Shown: positions 50,008-63,405 of the stretch, piece by piece
How the letters are laid out: each line of letters begins with the position of its first letter
Position numbering within the stretch: position 1 is the first letter of the stretch
Assembly (NCBI GenBank): GCA_964016885.1
Contig: OZ024755.1
Location: forward strand, 37,634,001 to 37,698,000
Reading direction: 5' to 3'
Length of the DNA stretch: 64,000 nt
Source: Eledone cirrhosa
Taxonomy: Eukaryota
Program-made: the position numbers and the translations under genes
Notes under the pieces: model-generated
What the model saw: the letters and a program-made list of their open reading frames with translations, nothing else
Database searches by the model: none
What the model was told of the DNA's origin: nothing

Positions 50008-50685
50008 GGTTCAGTAATGAGCTCCAATGAAGTATGTGCCCTAGGCAGCTGCCTAGTTGGCTTTAATGGTAGTGCCAGCTCTGGTTCTAGGCAACGTCTG
50101 TAGAAGACGTCTGCAGTTCTAGATATTCTGCAGATCTTTTTTTCTAAAAACAACTGGCCTCAGCTGTAATGTAAAACTTGCTTCTCTCTTCTGTATAAAA
50201 CAAAATGCCAAGCACGTCCCATCATAACTTAAGACAAGTTACTCTGTTAATGTATGTCGCTTTGGTTGATATACAAGCCCAGTTGGTAAATTGCTATGGA
50301 TTTCATAGACTAATCCAAGACAATTACTGAATATGACAACTAGAAAATGAATTTTATATAATCTACGTGTGTATGTATGTATTTTTATGTACTTAATATG
50401 TTAGTATTTGTTCATATTCATAAAAATTATACGTGGATGTGTACATATATATATATGTTCATATAAGTATATGCGTGTATGTGTACCTGTATATGTGTAT
50501 GTTCAATATATATGTATCATCAGCATCATCATCTATATGTGTGTGTATATACGTTCATATGCATATAAAGTGATATGTGTGAATAAATATTTATATATGA
50601 ATCTCGGTGTGTGTATATATACATATACATATATATATATATGTGTGTGTATTCATATGCATATATATAGTTATATGTGAGTGAA

Positions 50686-50743
<58 letters not shown>

Positions 50744-50893
50744 TATATATACATGCATTTATATTCATACACATATAGTTATGTATGCCTGTATGAATAC
50801 ATGTGTGTGGCATGAGTGTATGAATAAATACACATATATCTGTGTGTATGTGTATATGTGGCACAGGTGCATAAATAGCTATCTATATGTCTC

Positions 50894-50944
<51 letters not shown>

Positions 50945-51399
50945 CTGTGTGTGTGCGTGTGAGGCTGTGTGTGTGCGTGTGAGGCTGTGTGTGTGCGTGT
51001 GAGGTTCTGTGTGTGTGTGTAAGTAATAATCTTAAGATTCTAAGTGGTAGAATTACAGAAGCGATGTTGGTTCTATTGATTTTTAGATTAGAGTGACATA
51101 ATTATACCAACAGTTGTTGCTTATGGAAGCAGTGATCAGAAGGAGGGACAGAGAGGGAGAGAGTCACAGAATAGGAGCCAACAGCAGAAAATACACGCGT
51201 GTGAGTGTGTGTGTGTGTGTGTGTGATAGTGTAATCTCAGACACCACTCATTGGCTTCAAGGCCACCCTCTCCCTGCCATGATCTGAAGCTTCCTTACCC
51301 ACAAGCAGCATATAACTAGCACTCCTCTCATTTTACAATGCCTCACCCCCTCCTTCAATGCCTCCATAGCCTGGTGAAGGACACACCAAGTACCCTAGT

Positions 51400-53270
51400 A
51401 TTGTAATGAAAGTGTGCTAGACCCTTGATAAAATGTATCCAGTACATGTTTTAAAGTGACAGTGTTGGTGCTGTAATAAAACGTCTCCAGACCAATCTGT
51501 GAAGTGGTAGTGCTGGTCCCACAATAAAAAGCACCCAGTTCACCTTCTATAGTGGTAGTGCTGGTGCCACAATAAAAAGCACCCAGTTCACTTTCTATGG
51601 TGGTAGTGCTGGTGCCACAATAAAAAGCACCCAGTTCACCTTTTATGGTGGTAGTGCTGGTGCCACAATAAAAAGCACCCAGTTCACCTTCTATGGTGGT
51701 AGTGCTGGTGCCACAATAAAAAGCACCCAGTTCACCTTTTATGGTGGTAGTGCTGGTGCCACAATAAAAAGCACCCAGTTCACCTTTTATGGTGGTAGTG
51801 CTGGTGCCACAATAAAAAGCACCCAGTTCACCTTCTATGGTGGTTGTGCTGGTCCCACAATAAAAAAGCACCCAGTTCACTTTCTATGGTGGTAGTGCTG
51901 GTGCCACAATAAAAAGCACCCAGTTCACCTTCTATGGTGGTAGTGCTGGTGCCACAATAAAAAGCACCCAGTTCACCTTTTATGGTGGTAGTGCTGGTCC
52001 CACAATAAAAAGCACCCAGTTCACCTTTTATGGTGGTAGTGCTGGTTCCACAATAAAAAGCACCCAGTTCACCTTTTATGGTGGTAGTGCTGGTTCCACA
52101 ATAAAAAGCACCCAGTTCACCTTCTATGGTGGTAGTGCTGGTGCCACAATAAAAGGCACCCAGTTCACCTTCTATGGTGGTAGTGCTGGTTCCACAATAA
52201 AAAGCACCCAGTTCACTTTTTATGGTTGTAGTGCTGGTCCCACAATAAAAAGCACCCAGTTCACTTTCTATGGTGGTAATGCTGGTCCCACAATAAAAAG
52301 CACCCAGTTCACCTTCTATGGTGGTAGTGCTGGTCCCACAATAAAAAGCACCCAGTTCACCTTTTATGGTGGTAGTGCTGGTCCCACAATAAAAGGCACC
52401 CAGTTCACCTTCTATGGTGGTAGTGCTGGTCCCACAATAAAAAGCACCCAGTTCACTTTCTATGGTGGTAGTGCTGGTCCCACAATAAAAAGCACCCAGT
52501 TCACCTTCTATGGTGGTAGTGCTGGTCCCACAATAAAAAGCACCCAGTTCACCTTCTATGGTGGTAGTGCTGGTGCCACAATAAAAAGCACCCACTTTAC
52601 TTTCTATGGTGGTAGTGCTGGTCCCACAATAAAAAGCACCCAGTTCACCTTCTATGGTGGTAGTGCTGGTGCCACAATAAAAAGCACCCACTTTACTTTC
52701 TATGGTGGTAATGCTGGTCCCACAATAAAAAGCACCCAGTTCACCTTCTATGGTGGTAGTGCTGGTGCCACAATAAAAAGCACCCAGTTCACCTTCTATG
52801 GTGGTAGTGCTGGTGCCACAATAAAAAGCACCCAGTTCACCTTCTATGGTGGTAGTGCTGGTGCCACAATAAAAAGCACCCAGTTCACCTTCTATGGTGG
52901 TTGTGCTGGTCCCACAATAAAAAGCACCCAGTTCACCTTTTATGGTGGTAGTGCTGGTCCCACAATAAAAAGCACCCAGTTCACCTTTTATGGTGGTAGT
53001 GCTGGTCCCACAATAAAAAGCACCCAGTTCACCTTCTATGGTGGTAGTGCTGGTGCCACAATAAAAAGCACCCAGTTCACCTTTTCTGGTGGTAGTGCTG
53101 ATCCCACAATAAAAAGCACCCAGTTTGCACTGTATGGCGATAATGCTGGTGCCAAAGTAAAAAGCTCCCAGTCGACCCTGTAAGGTAATAGTATCAGAGT
53201 CATAATAAAATGCTTCCAGTACATGGTGTAAAGTAGTTGGTGTTAGGAAGGGCATCCATCCATAAAAACC
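51400..53270 (+). repeat. 48-bp minisatellite (~35 homogeneous copies plus diverged flanks) ending in the RTE 5'-UTR motif
   Basis: Unit cacaataaaaagcacccagttcaccttctatggtggtagtgctggtgc; terminates in ttggtgttaggaagggcatcca. Confidence 0.92.
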
Positions 53271-53693
53271 AGGCTAAATGGGAATGTATAAGTAATATTT
53301 AGTCACCTGTTTAGTGTGTGTGTTTGATTAATCAGCATTGGTGAAACCAGAAAATCAAGTGTCAGACAACCAATATATTGATTTTCCTCGAATGAAACAG
53401 TTCTAGTCCTGTAGAAGCTATTTCTATATTAAATTTGTTGTTTACACTCAACTAATGTATTGAGTACCTCACTTACTGTGGTTACTTCCGAGTGAACCCG
53501 GGACTCACATATTATATTTATATATGGAGAGAGAAAGAGAGAGTGAGAGAGAGAGAAGGTAGAAAGAGGAAGGGAAAGAGAATATTTCCAACAAGGTGTA
53601 TATATAAACTGTAGTAAGTGTTTGAAGGCCAAAATATTGACTGATGAGATGAATCAGTTTGTTAAAAGCCGCAGTTTTAGAGGAGAAAAGATA

Positions 53694-54033
53694 TCATCAT
53701 CATCATTTCATTTTACGTCCGCTTTTCTCTGCTTGCAAGGGTGGGACGGGAACTGATTTTGGCTAGATTTCTACAGCTGGATGCCCTTCCTAACACCAAC
53801 CTCATTTACAGTGAGTGCTGGGTGCTTTTTTGCCGTGGCACCTCCACGACCACTTTGCAGTGGAATGATATGGACCCCAGTCCCTATCATCTCATTTCTA
53901 CAGCTGAGTAAACTGGAGCAATGAGAAATAAAGTGTCTTGCTCAAGGAAACAACACATCACCCGGTCTGAGAATTGAACTCACAACCTTTCGATTGCAAG
54001 CCCAATGCTCTAACCACTAAGCCATGTGCCTCC
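53694..54033 (-). mobile_element. SINE family A, full length
   Basis: Reverse complement of the consensus. Confidence 0.9.
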
Positions 54034-54360
54034 AAATGGTCAAGTTAACAAAAAATGTTAGAGAAAGTTCTATCTGAAGAATTGTTAACGCTTTCAAGTC
54101 AACAGCGGTTGGTAGTAATCACAATTGCAACCTGATAAAACCAATTTCAACCATAAATTTCTGTTGCCAAGCAGTTAACTTTCTTTCAAGTGTAGAATTG
54201 TCAGAACATCAAATAATGGCTCCATGACTATAAAAATTCTAACTATTTATCAGATCATTATTATTTTTATTTTATTGAAATATAGCTGCAAAGATGTTAT
54301 ATATATAGGCCATTTTCTAAAACGAATGACGCTGTTACAACTTTGATATTTTCAAGCAAT

Positions 54361-54588
54361 TTAACCCTTTAATGTTTATACCGGCCAAAACCGGCTAGAA
54401 TTCTCTACCCTTTTCTGTTGAAACTGGCTGTAACTGGTCACTCAAACTCATGCTAAGGTATTGTTCTCAAAATAAATACTTTCAAAATCTCAAAGATTCG
54501 ATATTATGTGAGATAATTATGTGAGGTAAAGCCTTTACCATGAAAATATAATAGTATATATAGAGTAATGTGAATGCTAAAGGGTTAA
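54361..54588. mobile_element. piggyBac-type MITE, complete
   Basis: ttaaccctttaatg...gctaaagggttaa. Confidence 0.82.
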
Positions 54589-54711
54589 CAGAGAAAATCT
54601 TTATATACATATATATATATGTAAAAGGTAAACAGAAATAACAACACAATCGGTACAGTATATGGAAGGAATATATTAGGTTAACACTTGAAATACCTGG
54701 ATGAGAGAGGG

Positions 54712-54747
54712 TCTTAACATTTCGGACGCTAGTCCTTCATCTGAAGA
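54712..54747 (-). ncRNA. Minimal hammerhead motif (two core-region mutations), same repeat family as 41700-41850
   Basis: Minus strand reads TCTT-CAGATGA-A-GGAC-TAGC-GTCC-GAA-ATGT-T-AAGA. Confidence 0.6.
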
Positions 54748-54846
54748 AAGAATGAGAAATAAGATAGATTGAGGGGATGGGCGGGATGGAATTTGAAAAA
54801 ATATCTTTAGATAAAAATAACAGGTTCATTCTATATATATATATAT

Positions 54847-55155
54847 GGAGGCACATGGCTTAGTGGTTAGAGCATTGGCCTTGCAATCGAAAGGTTGTGA
54901 GTTCAATTCTCAGACCAGGTGATGTGCTGTTTCCTTGAGCAAGACACTTTATTTCACATTGCTCCAGTTTACTCAGCTGTAGAAATGAGATGATAGGGAC
55001 TGGGGTTCCTATCATTCCACTGCAAAGTGGTCGTGGAGGTGCCACAGCAAAAAAAGCACCCAGCACTCACTGTAAATGAGGTTGGTGTTAGGAAGGGCAT
55101 CCAGCTGTAGAAATCAAGCCAGAATCAGTTCCCGTCCCATCCTTGCAAGCAGGGA
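54847..55155 (+). mobile_element. SINE family A, 3' end clipped
   Basis: Consensus match up to cttgcaagcaggga. Confidence 0.88.
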
Positions 55156-55931
55156 TACCCGCCCTGGTAACACATTCACAATTCTGTCCGCTAGGACCAT
55201 GAGGCAACACCTATTTGCTGCTTTATGGTATTTGCTCCAGCTCTCTGCTCTTGGAGTTCAACTCCCACAGAGGTCAACTTTGCTTTCATCTTTTTGAGGT
55301 CGATAAAAAAAGCACCAGTCTAGTACTGGGATTGACTCTTCTTCTATATCTCTTACTCATTTCTGTACTACCCTGGCTTGGAGAGGGACGGGCTCTGCCA
55401 GGCTTAAAATACCCAAGAAATGCTGTATGTCAATACGGTGCCCTGGCGATTCTATCAGGAGTTACAGGACCATATATACATGCAAAAAGGACGGTAGTCT
55501 TATTTGATTTCCCCTTTCCTATAATTATATCTAATCATTCTCTTCTAGCAGTTTATTTTATTTTGACATAGACTTAAGTTAAGAAGCCAGATGCTATGAA
55601 CTTGTAATGACTACAAGCCAATGTAAACAGCAATGGTTAATGTAGCTTGTTGTTCATTTATTGGCCTATGACAGAATTGACTTAATTCTGAAATAGCTTC
55701 GCTTAAGTTATCTGTCAGTTTGTTATTTTATATGTAGACAAAGACATTAAGAAGTTTGCTTTACAGCCACATGGTTTTGTATTCAATCCAACTGTGTGAC
55801 AGCTTGAGCAAATGGCTTCTATAGCTTTGAGTTGACCAATGCTTTGTGAGTGGAATTTGACCAACAAAAACTGTAGAAGCATGCATGAGTGTATGTATGT
55901 ATATATATTTATAAATATATATATATATATA

Positions 55932-56150
55932 GTGAAGGCGTGTGGCTGAGTGGTTAGAGAATTGGATTTGCAATCGAAAGGTTGTGAGTTCGATTCCTGG
56001 ACCAGGCGATGCGTTATGTCCTTGAGCAAGACACTTTATTTCACGTTGCTCCTTCTACCTGGAGTGGCGACCGATAGATAGTATTAGCAATTGGAAAGAC
56101 CAACGGAAACATTGTTCCCTCGGTCCGATTTGACGAAGGTCGATCGTTCC
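55932..56150 (+). mobile_element. SINE family A-related variant with a different 3' segment
   Basis: tRNA head and start of the CORE-like body, then an unrelated ~100-bp tail ending at (TA)n. Confidence 0.7.
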
Positions 56151-56349
56151 TATATATATATAGAGAGAGAGAGAGACGGGGGTGGACAGAGGGAATATAG
56201 GGCCTAAGAGGGCTCTTCTATCTGGATGATGATATAATACAACATTTACAGTCCATCCAGTAAAGTAGTAATGTTGGTGCCATAATAAATTTTACCCAGT
56301 ACACCAAGTAAGGTGGTTGGCATTAGGAACAACAGAGGGGGCAGGGTTC

Positions 56350-58090
56350 GCAAACACTCCTTCCAGAGACTCCTGTCAGAAGCAACCATCTGATCCGGCT
56401 GGATTCCCAAGCGAGATCAGCCAAGTTCATAGATGTTATCCAACCATCTTACATGGGGGGGGGTCTATCCTATTTCTCCTGGCAGTTGGTTCCGCTCCTA
56501 AAATCTGTCCAGCGATTTTTTGCTGAGACATTCTAACCACATGCTCATAGCATCGGAGCTGTGATCTCCCAATTCGAATAAGTAGTGGCTCTACCTGGAG
56601 TGACTCTCTGATCTCCAAGCTAAGCATTCTATCAAGTAATGTTACTCCAAAGTCCCTTCGGAGAAATCCCATTTTGGCTGCTTGTATTCGCGATCATATT
56701 CTTTTACTCATTGCCCAAGATTCCTAACTATAGGTAAGAGTTGGCACGAATACCAAATTGAAGATATTGATTTTAGCTTTTATACTGACCTCCCTGCGTT
56801 GATTACTGAATACTGAAGCTGACTCATTACTGCACCAGTTCCAGCAATTCTTCCAGCAATTCTTACACTTAATTCAGCCTCCTACTTTTCATCACCCATA
56901 AATATGGCCCCAAGATACTTGAACTTCTCTACCTGCTTCAGTGGAACTCCATTCACATGTAGAGTGCACTACACAGGCTTCCTTGAGAGGACGACGAGTG
57001 TCTCAGTCTTTGCAGCATTCATTTTCATTCCAGTAATTCAGCACTTGGCATCAGACCTATCGAGTGCAAGTCGGGGATCACCTTCTGTTGAGTTAAGTAA
57101 CACCATGTTGTCTGCAAATTCCAGCCGACTGATTTTACACCCACCAGTCATGATCCCACTTCCAACCTCACTGCGTATGTCAATCCCATTCATGTAAATA
57201 AGGCACCCTTGGCAAAATCCAACTCCCACATTGAATGGTTTTGATTTAGCACCATTTATCAGAACACAAATACACATGCATTCATATAGAGACATCAGGG
57301 CAACAAGAAGCTGACCATCAATCCCATACTCCTGCACAACCTTCCACAGCAGGTCCCGATAAATGCTGTCATATGCCTTTTCAAGGTCAATAAAACAAGA
57401 ATATACCTCTTGGCAATACTCCCACAATTTCTTGAAGACCTGTCGCAATGTAAATATTTGGTCGGCTGTAATGTGGCCGGGGTGAAAACTACACTGTTCA
57501 TCAGCTAGCTTGGACTCGACAATCTCCCTGTATCTCTTTGACAGACACTAAGCATAGACTATACTGGGGAGGCTTAAGAAGGAGATCCCTCTGTAATTAG
57601 AACAGTATCTCTTGTCTCTCAGCAGTTAAATGTTGAGAGCGAAAGAGGCTTGGTTTGGCGCCGGATGGCAGGAGGACCCCCTTTGTTCAATCAAAAGGTC
57701 AAAGATGCCATCTGAGCAAAGAAGGAGGCTTACAAAGCTTGACTTGGAAATAAATGCTTCTTCTTGCACTTGCAGTACAAGCAGGCATAAATAATCACAG
57801 TAGAGGCATTAAAAGTGTCCAAAGTAAAGACATGGGAGGACTTTGGGGTTAAGCTGGAATCCGACTTCAGATCAGCAAATAAAGTGTTCTGGCAGACCAT
57901 CCACTGTCTTTGTAATATGAAGCCCTCCTCCACACCTGCTATCAGGAACACGCCTGGTGTTCTCTCTCGCTAGGTGGAGGGAATACTTTGCTGAGCTCCT
58001 AAACCCGATCCCAACAGCATCTTCCGCTGTACACAGGGTGCATCTGAGAATGGTGACTAATCTCAGAGAAGGTGAGATTACAAGAGCAAT
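56350..58090 (-). mobile_element. Expander/Rex3-like RTE LINE remnant with an inverted 5' segment (57620-58090 on +)
   Basis: Minus strand: NYRGIS, FIDLEKAYD, EFADNMV, FKYLG, MGFLRR...EHVVRM. Plus strand: WEDFG..LESD, LARWREYFAELLN. Confidence 0.85.
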
Positions 58091-58704
58091 GTTTCTTATT
58101 GTTTCTGGAAAGGGATTATTTAAAAAAAAAGTTCTATGTAAAAATTGTTTATTATGTAAAATATAAACTAAAATGTGCAAACCTGACATTTCTTAGCAAC
58201 CACACTTTTTAATTAACTTTGTAAAAGTATTTTTATTCTTAATTACATTTTTTGTTAAATGTTATTTATCTTTTGTTTTTATCTCAACGGATAAAGATTC
58301 AGATGTATTCAGACTAAAATAAAAAATCTTTGACATTTATGTGCTATAGGCTATCTTTTAGATAACAGGTTAGTGCTAGTTGTTCATTAAACAAAAATAA
58401 TTTAGTTTACAAAATAAACAATGTATCTTTTTCTTTCCGGAAGTTGATTATTTAAAAAATAAATAAAATTTGTCTGTAAAATAAAATAAAAAAAAATAAT
58501 CAAAATAATTAAAAACATAAAGCAGACATTTCCTGACAACTAGTATTCAAATTGCTTTTTGTTTTTTAAGTTGTGTTCTTATTTTTAGTTAGATATTCTC
58601 TTTGATTAAATGTTATTTTTAGAAAAAAAATTTTTTCTTGAAGAATACATAAAATCATTTCTATTCAGAAGCTACATCTCACTCAGTTCTTGTGTTATTC
58701 ATGG

Positions 58705-59900
58705 ATCTACACACACACACATATATATATATATAAATACATATACATACACACATACATGTATACACACACATAAATATATACATATATATATATATAT
58801 ATACATACATATATATATACATACATACATATACACACATACATATACATATATATATATATACATATATACATACATATATATATACATACATACATAT
58901 ACACACATACATATACATATATATATATATACATACATACATATATATACATATATGTAAGTATATATACATACATGATGATGGCTGCCCTCTCATTATC
59001 GACTATGGCCATTGCATGATATACCATTATTAATAACTATTAATTAATTCTATTGTGCAATGCCTGCGCATGAAGATATGTTTTAAAGAGAGGAAAGACT
59101 GTGCACTGAGCCAATCCCACTCTCTGAGCGACAGTAGCTATAACCCAAAAAGAAGAAAAGATCAACATCATCGGTAACTACTGAGCTGCAGGTTTTATAT
59201 CGGAGTTATCCCAGTTTCCTGAGTTGCCTTCTCCTAGAAGATTGCCCATACATACATATATATATCATCATCACCGTTTTATGTCCATTCTTCCACACTA
59301 ACATGGGTTAGATGGGTTGTCCTGTTGTGGGCAGTGTCCGGTAGGTTTACCTTGTCTTGCTCATACGGGAACTGATTCTGGTATATATATATATATACAT
59401 ATACATACATACATACATACATACATACATACATACATACATACATACATACATGTATATATATATACATGGTGGCTGCCAACTCGTTTTCGAGTACGGC
59501 CACTACTTTATATCCATGTAGGAGACATATATATACCTACATATATATATACAGACACACAGACAGACATATACTTACATGGATATATACATACATATAT
59601 ACATGCATACATATATATATATACATATATATATACAGACACACAGTCAGACATATACTTACATGGATATATACATACATATATACATGCATACATATAT
59701 ATATATACATATATATATAGACACAGTCAGACATATACTTACATGGATATATACATACATATATACATGCATACATATATATATATATACAGACACACAG
59801 ACAGACATATACTTACATGGATATATACATGCATACATATATATACCTACATATATATATACAGACACGCAGACAGACATATACTTACATGGATATATGG
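58705..59900. repeat. (TA/CA/TACA)n microsatellite-derived region with embedded repeat fragments
   Basis: Seen directly; ggtggctgccaactcgttttcgagtacggccactac occurs near 59470 and 59899. Confidence 0.85.
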
Positions 59901-60833
59901 TGGCTGCCAACTCGTTTTCGAGTACGGCCACTACTGTATATCCATGTAGGAGAACTCCTACCGATGCGCTGAACAAGTGTGACTTTTTAGGTCACAGCCA
60001 GCGACTTGAAAACTCTGGTACAAACACTACACCTGCGACAATTATTGACACATAGTGCTGGGCCCATTGTACCACGTGATGACAAGTGCAGAGAGATCTC
60101 CAGATATAAAGCAATGCCTGTGCTGTGAAGCTTTTATAGTGAGCAAAGGCACTGCACAAAGCCAGTCCCACTCTCTTAACCAAAATGATATTTACCAAAA
60201 AGAAGAACAAGTCAACATCATTGGATACCATCAGGGTTGCAGGTGTTATATCAGAGTTTTCCTTCTCCTAGAATTCTGCCTTGACAAAGGCTAAGGGGTC
60301 ATCTCTCCCATATATACATGTATATACATACATACATACATATACATATATATATACATATACACACGCATCCTTCCTATACTTTGTATTATCTAAGAAT
60401 GATCAATATTAGAAATGATATCAGCTGAGTGGCAGAAAGGTGGGGGAACAGAGATGAGGAAGGAGGAGGAGATGAGGAGAGAGGGAGAGGTAGGGATGGG
60501 TGGGGAGTGAGGGAGAAGGGGTGAGGAGAGATGGAGGAGGGTTGGCTGCGGAAGCGTGATGTGTACTGTTGCTTTTATTTATGTCTAACCATTTTTATGT
60601 CAAAATTATTTTTTGTATTTCCCAGCATACATACATGTATGTATGTATGTATTTATATATAAGAGTGGTGCCCCAACATGGCCTCAGATGGATGGATGGA
60701 AAGGATAAAAGAATAAAAGAGTATGTATGCATGTATGTATGGCATACATATATAACGTGTGTATATATGAAATAGGTGTATATGACATATGAATATATGA
60801 AATAGATATATTATATGATGTGTATATATAAAA

Positions 60834-61300
60834 GTGAAAGGTAGATTGTATGATGCTTGCATACGAACAGTGATATTACATGGTAATGAGACCTGGGCAT
60901 TGTGTGCTGAAGACCTGTGTAGATTAGAAAGAAATGAACCTTGCATGCTCCGATGGATGTGTAATAGTAATGTGCATGAAAGACAAAGCTTAAACAAACT
61001 AAGAGAGAGACTAAGCATAAGAGGTATCAAATGTGTTCTGGAGAGGAGATTGCGTTGGTATGGCCATGTGATGTGTATGAAGGACAACAGCTGTATAAAA
61101 CAAGTGCAGGGCAATGAAAATTGATGGCAGCTACAGAATGGGTAGACTTAGAAAAACCTGGGACGAGGTGATAAAAACTGACCTTGCTCACTTACACCTC
61201 TCTAAGACAATGTCACTGGATCGAGATCTTTGGTGCCATGCAGTTGTACAGAAGACCTGCCTTCCCTTGCATACAAACCTACAGTCAGTAGGGACCTCTT
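60834..61300 (+). mobile_element. RTE LINE 3' fragment, same subfamily as 14859-15310
   Basis: KGRLYDACIRTVILHGNETWAL...LRWYGHV...GRLRKTW. Confidence 0.85.
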
Positions 61301-61349
61301 AACCCAATATACACCCCACCCCCACCCTCCCATTTCCGTCCACTGTGTC

Positions 61350-62526
61350 GATGACACAACAAAAAGGCTCCCAGTCCACACTGTAAAGTGGTGTAAAAGG
61401 CACGGTAAAAAGGCTCCCAGTCCACACTGTAAGGTGGTCATGTAGGAGACATGGTAAAAAGGCTCCCAGTCCACACTGTAAAGTGGTGTAAGAGGCACAG
61501 TAAAAAGGCTCCCAGTCCACACTGTAAGGTGGTCATGTAGGAGACATGGTAAAAAGGCTCCCAGTCCACACTGTAAGGTGGTCGTGTAGGAGACACAGTA
61601 AAAAGGCTCCCAGTCCACACTGTAAAGGTGGTTGTGTAGGAGACACGATAAAAAGGCTCCCAGTCCACACTGTAAAGGTGGTTGTGTAGGAGACACGATA
61701 AAAAGGCTCCCAGTCCACACTGTAAGGTGGTCGTGTAGGAGACACGGTAAAAAGGCTCCCAGTCCACACTGTATGGTGGTCGTGTAGGAGACACGGTAAA
61801 AAGGCTCCCAGCCCACACTGTAAAGTGGTCATGTAGGAGACACGGTAAAAAGGCTCCCAGTCCACACTGTAAGGTGGTCATGTAGGAGACACGGTAAAAA
61901 GGCTCCCAGTCCACACTGTAAAGGTGGTCGTGTAGAGACACAGTAAAAAGGCTCCCAGTCCACACTGTAAAGTGGTCATGTAGGAGACACGGTAAAAAGG
62001 CTCCCAGTCCACACTGTAAAGGTGGTCGTGTAGAGACACAGTAAAAAGGCTCCCAGTCCACACTGTAAAGGTGGTTGTGTAGGAGACACGGTAAAAAGGT
62101 TCCCAGTCCACACTGTAAGGTGGTCGTGTAGGAGACACAGTAAAAAGGCTCCCAGTCCACACTGTAAAGGTGGTCGTGTAGAGACACAGTAAAAAGGCTC
62201 CCAGTCCACACTGTAAGGTGGTCGTGTAGGAGACACGGTAAAAAGGCTCCCAGTCCACACTGTATGGTGGTCATGTAGGAGACACGGTAAAAAGACTCCC
62301 AGTTCACACTGTAAAGTGGTCATGTAGGAGACACAGTAAAAAGGCTCCCAGTCCACACTGTAAAGGTGGTTGGTGTTAGGAAGGGCATCCAGCCGTAAAA
62401 AACCTGCAGAGAGACACTTCCATACAAGCAAGACACGGTCTTCCGACCAATCCTGCATAAAATGGAACAAAATCGTCTAATCCTTGCTAGTGTGGAAGAT
62501 TGACGTTAAACAATGATGATGATGAT
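61350..62526 (+). mobile_element. Non-autonomous RTE-related element with a ~48-bp array (~21 copies) and (GAT)n tail
   Basis: Unit aaaaaggctcccagtccacactgtaaggtggtcgtgtaggagacacggt, then ttaggaagggcatccagccgta. Confidence 0.85.
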
Positions 62527-62527
62527 C

Positions 62528-62635
62528 CTGTCGAGGTTAACTTTGCTTTTCATCCTTATGGGGTCGATAAAATAAAGTACCAGTAATGTACTGGGATAAT
62601 TGCTGGCCTTGTGCCAAAAGTAGAAACAATTATTA
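62528..62635 (+). mobile_element. SINE family B, 3' half
   Basis: Core and tail match. Confidence 0.8.
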
Positions 62636-62698
62636 AACATCCATTTTCATTGTTAGCATGGGTTGGACATATGATATATATTCTTTTACTGTGTGTGT

Positions 62699-62766
<68 letters not shown>

Positions 62767-63405
62767 GCGCGCGTGTGCGCGCGTGCGCGCGTGCGTGAGG
62801 CTACAGTATAGTACTTCACTATTTTCATTGATATGATGAGATAAGTTCAATGTACTTTACCATCCTCTGTTCTTCAGGAGTGAGAAAAGAAACTGGATGA
62901 ATTAAGGGCAGTTCAGGTAGCAGAGCATTTACAATTCAAATATTGAGAAAGCCAAGGAAAGGATATATAGATGTGTGTGGGGAAGGAGGGATTTGTAGGT
63001 AGTGTATGCATTGTCTATGAGATATGACATGAGGTTTGTGTGTGTGGTATGTTGTATATGCAGGTGTGTATGAAACTGGTATTCAGTGTGTATATGGTGT
63101 CAGTATAAGACAACAAGAGATCTCACCTCCCGTCTGCTTTCCACTCCAGCGAACTACTCATTGGTCACTTCATTTGTGGGTATACATAGCACATGGTTGA
63201 GTGAACATCTGCAGTTTTAGGCCGATGATATTTCATAGGTTACTCAACCTGGTCCTTTCCATGGACTCTTCATTCATAATGTGGCCAAAGCAGAGGAATT
63301 TTAAGTATAGTCCTAAAGCAATGTCTGTGGGTGACATCTGAAGTCCTTTTTTCATGTCTCCTAAGTGGTTGTTGGCCTGATGGTTGATCCATACAGATGG
63401 AGTGC

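Noticed and set aside
51395-53255. 475-aa and 161-aa repetitive ORFs (GAFYCGTSTTTIEGEL)n
   Set aside because: A by-product of a 48-bp transposon-derived minisatellite, broken by a frameshift near 51865, with no splice or homology support.
58089-58660. AT-rich ~330-bp degenerate duplication
   Set aside because: Too diverged and low in complexity to define by eye.
61350-62370. CRISPR-like appearance of the regular arrays
   Set aside because: The units are repeated in full with no unique spacers, there are no cas genes, and the context is eukaryotic.
62855-62880. Candidate RAP1GDS1 first exon (GGATG|gtaaag on the minus strand)
   Set aside because: ATG|gt is phase 0 but the next exon needs phase 1, and the alternative phase-1 reading has an in-frame TGA just upstream. 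Exon 1 remains unlocated.
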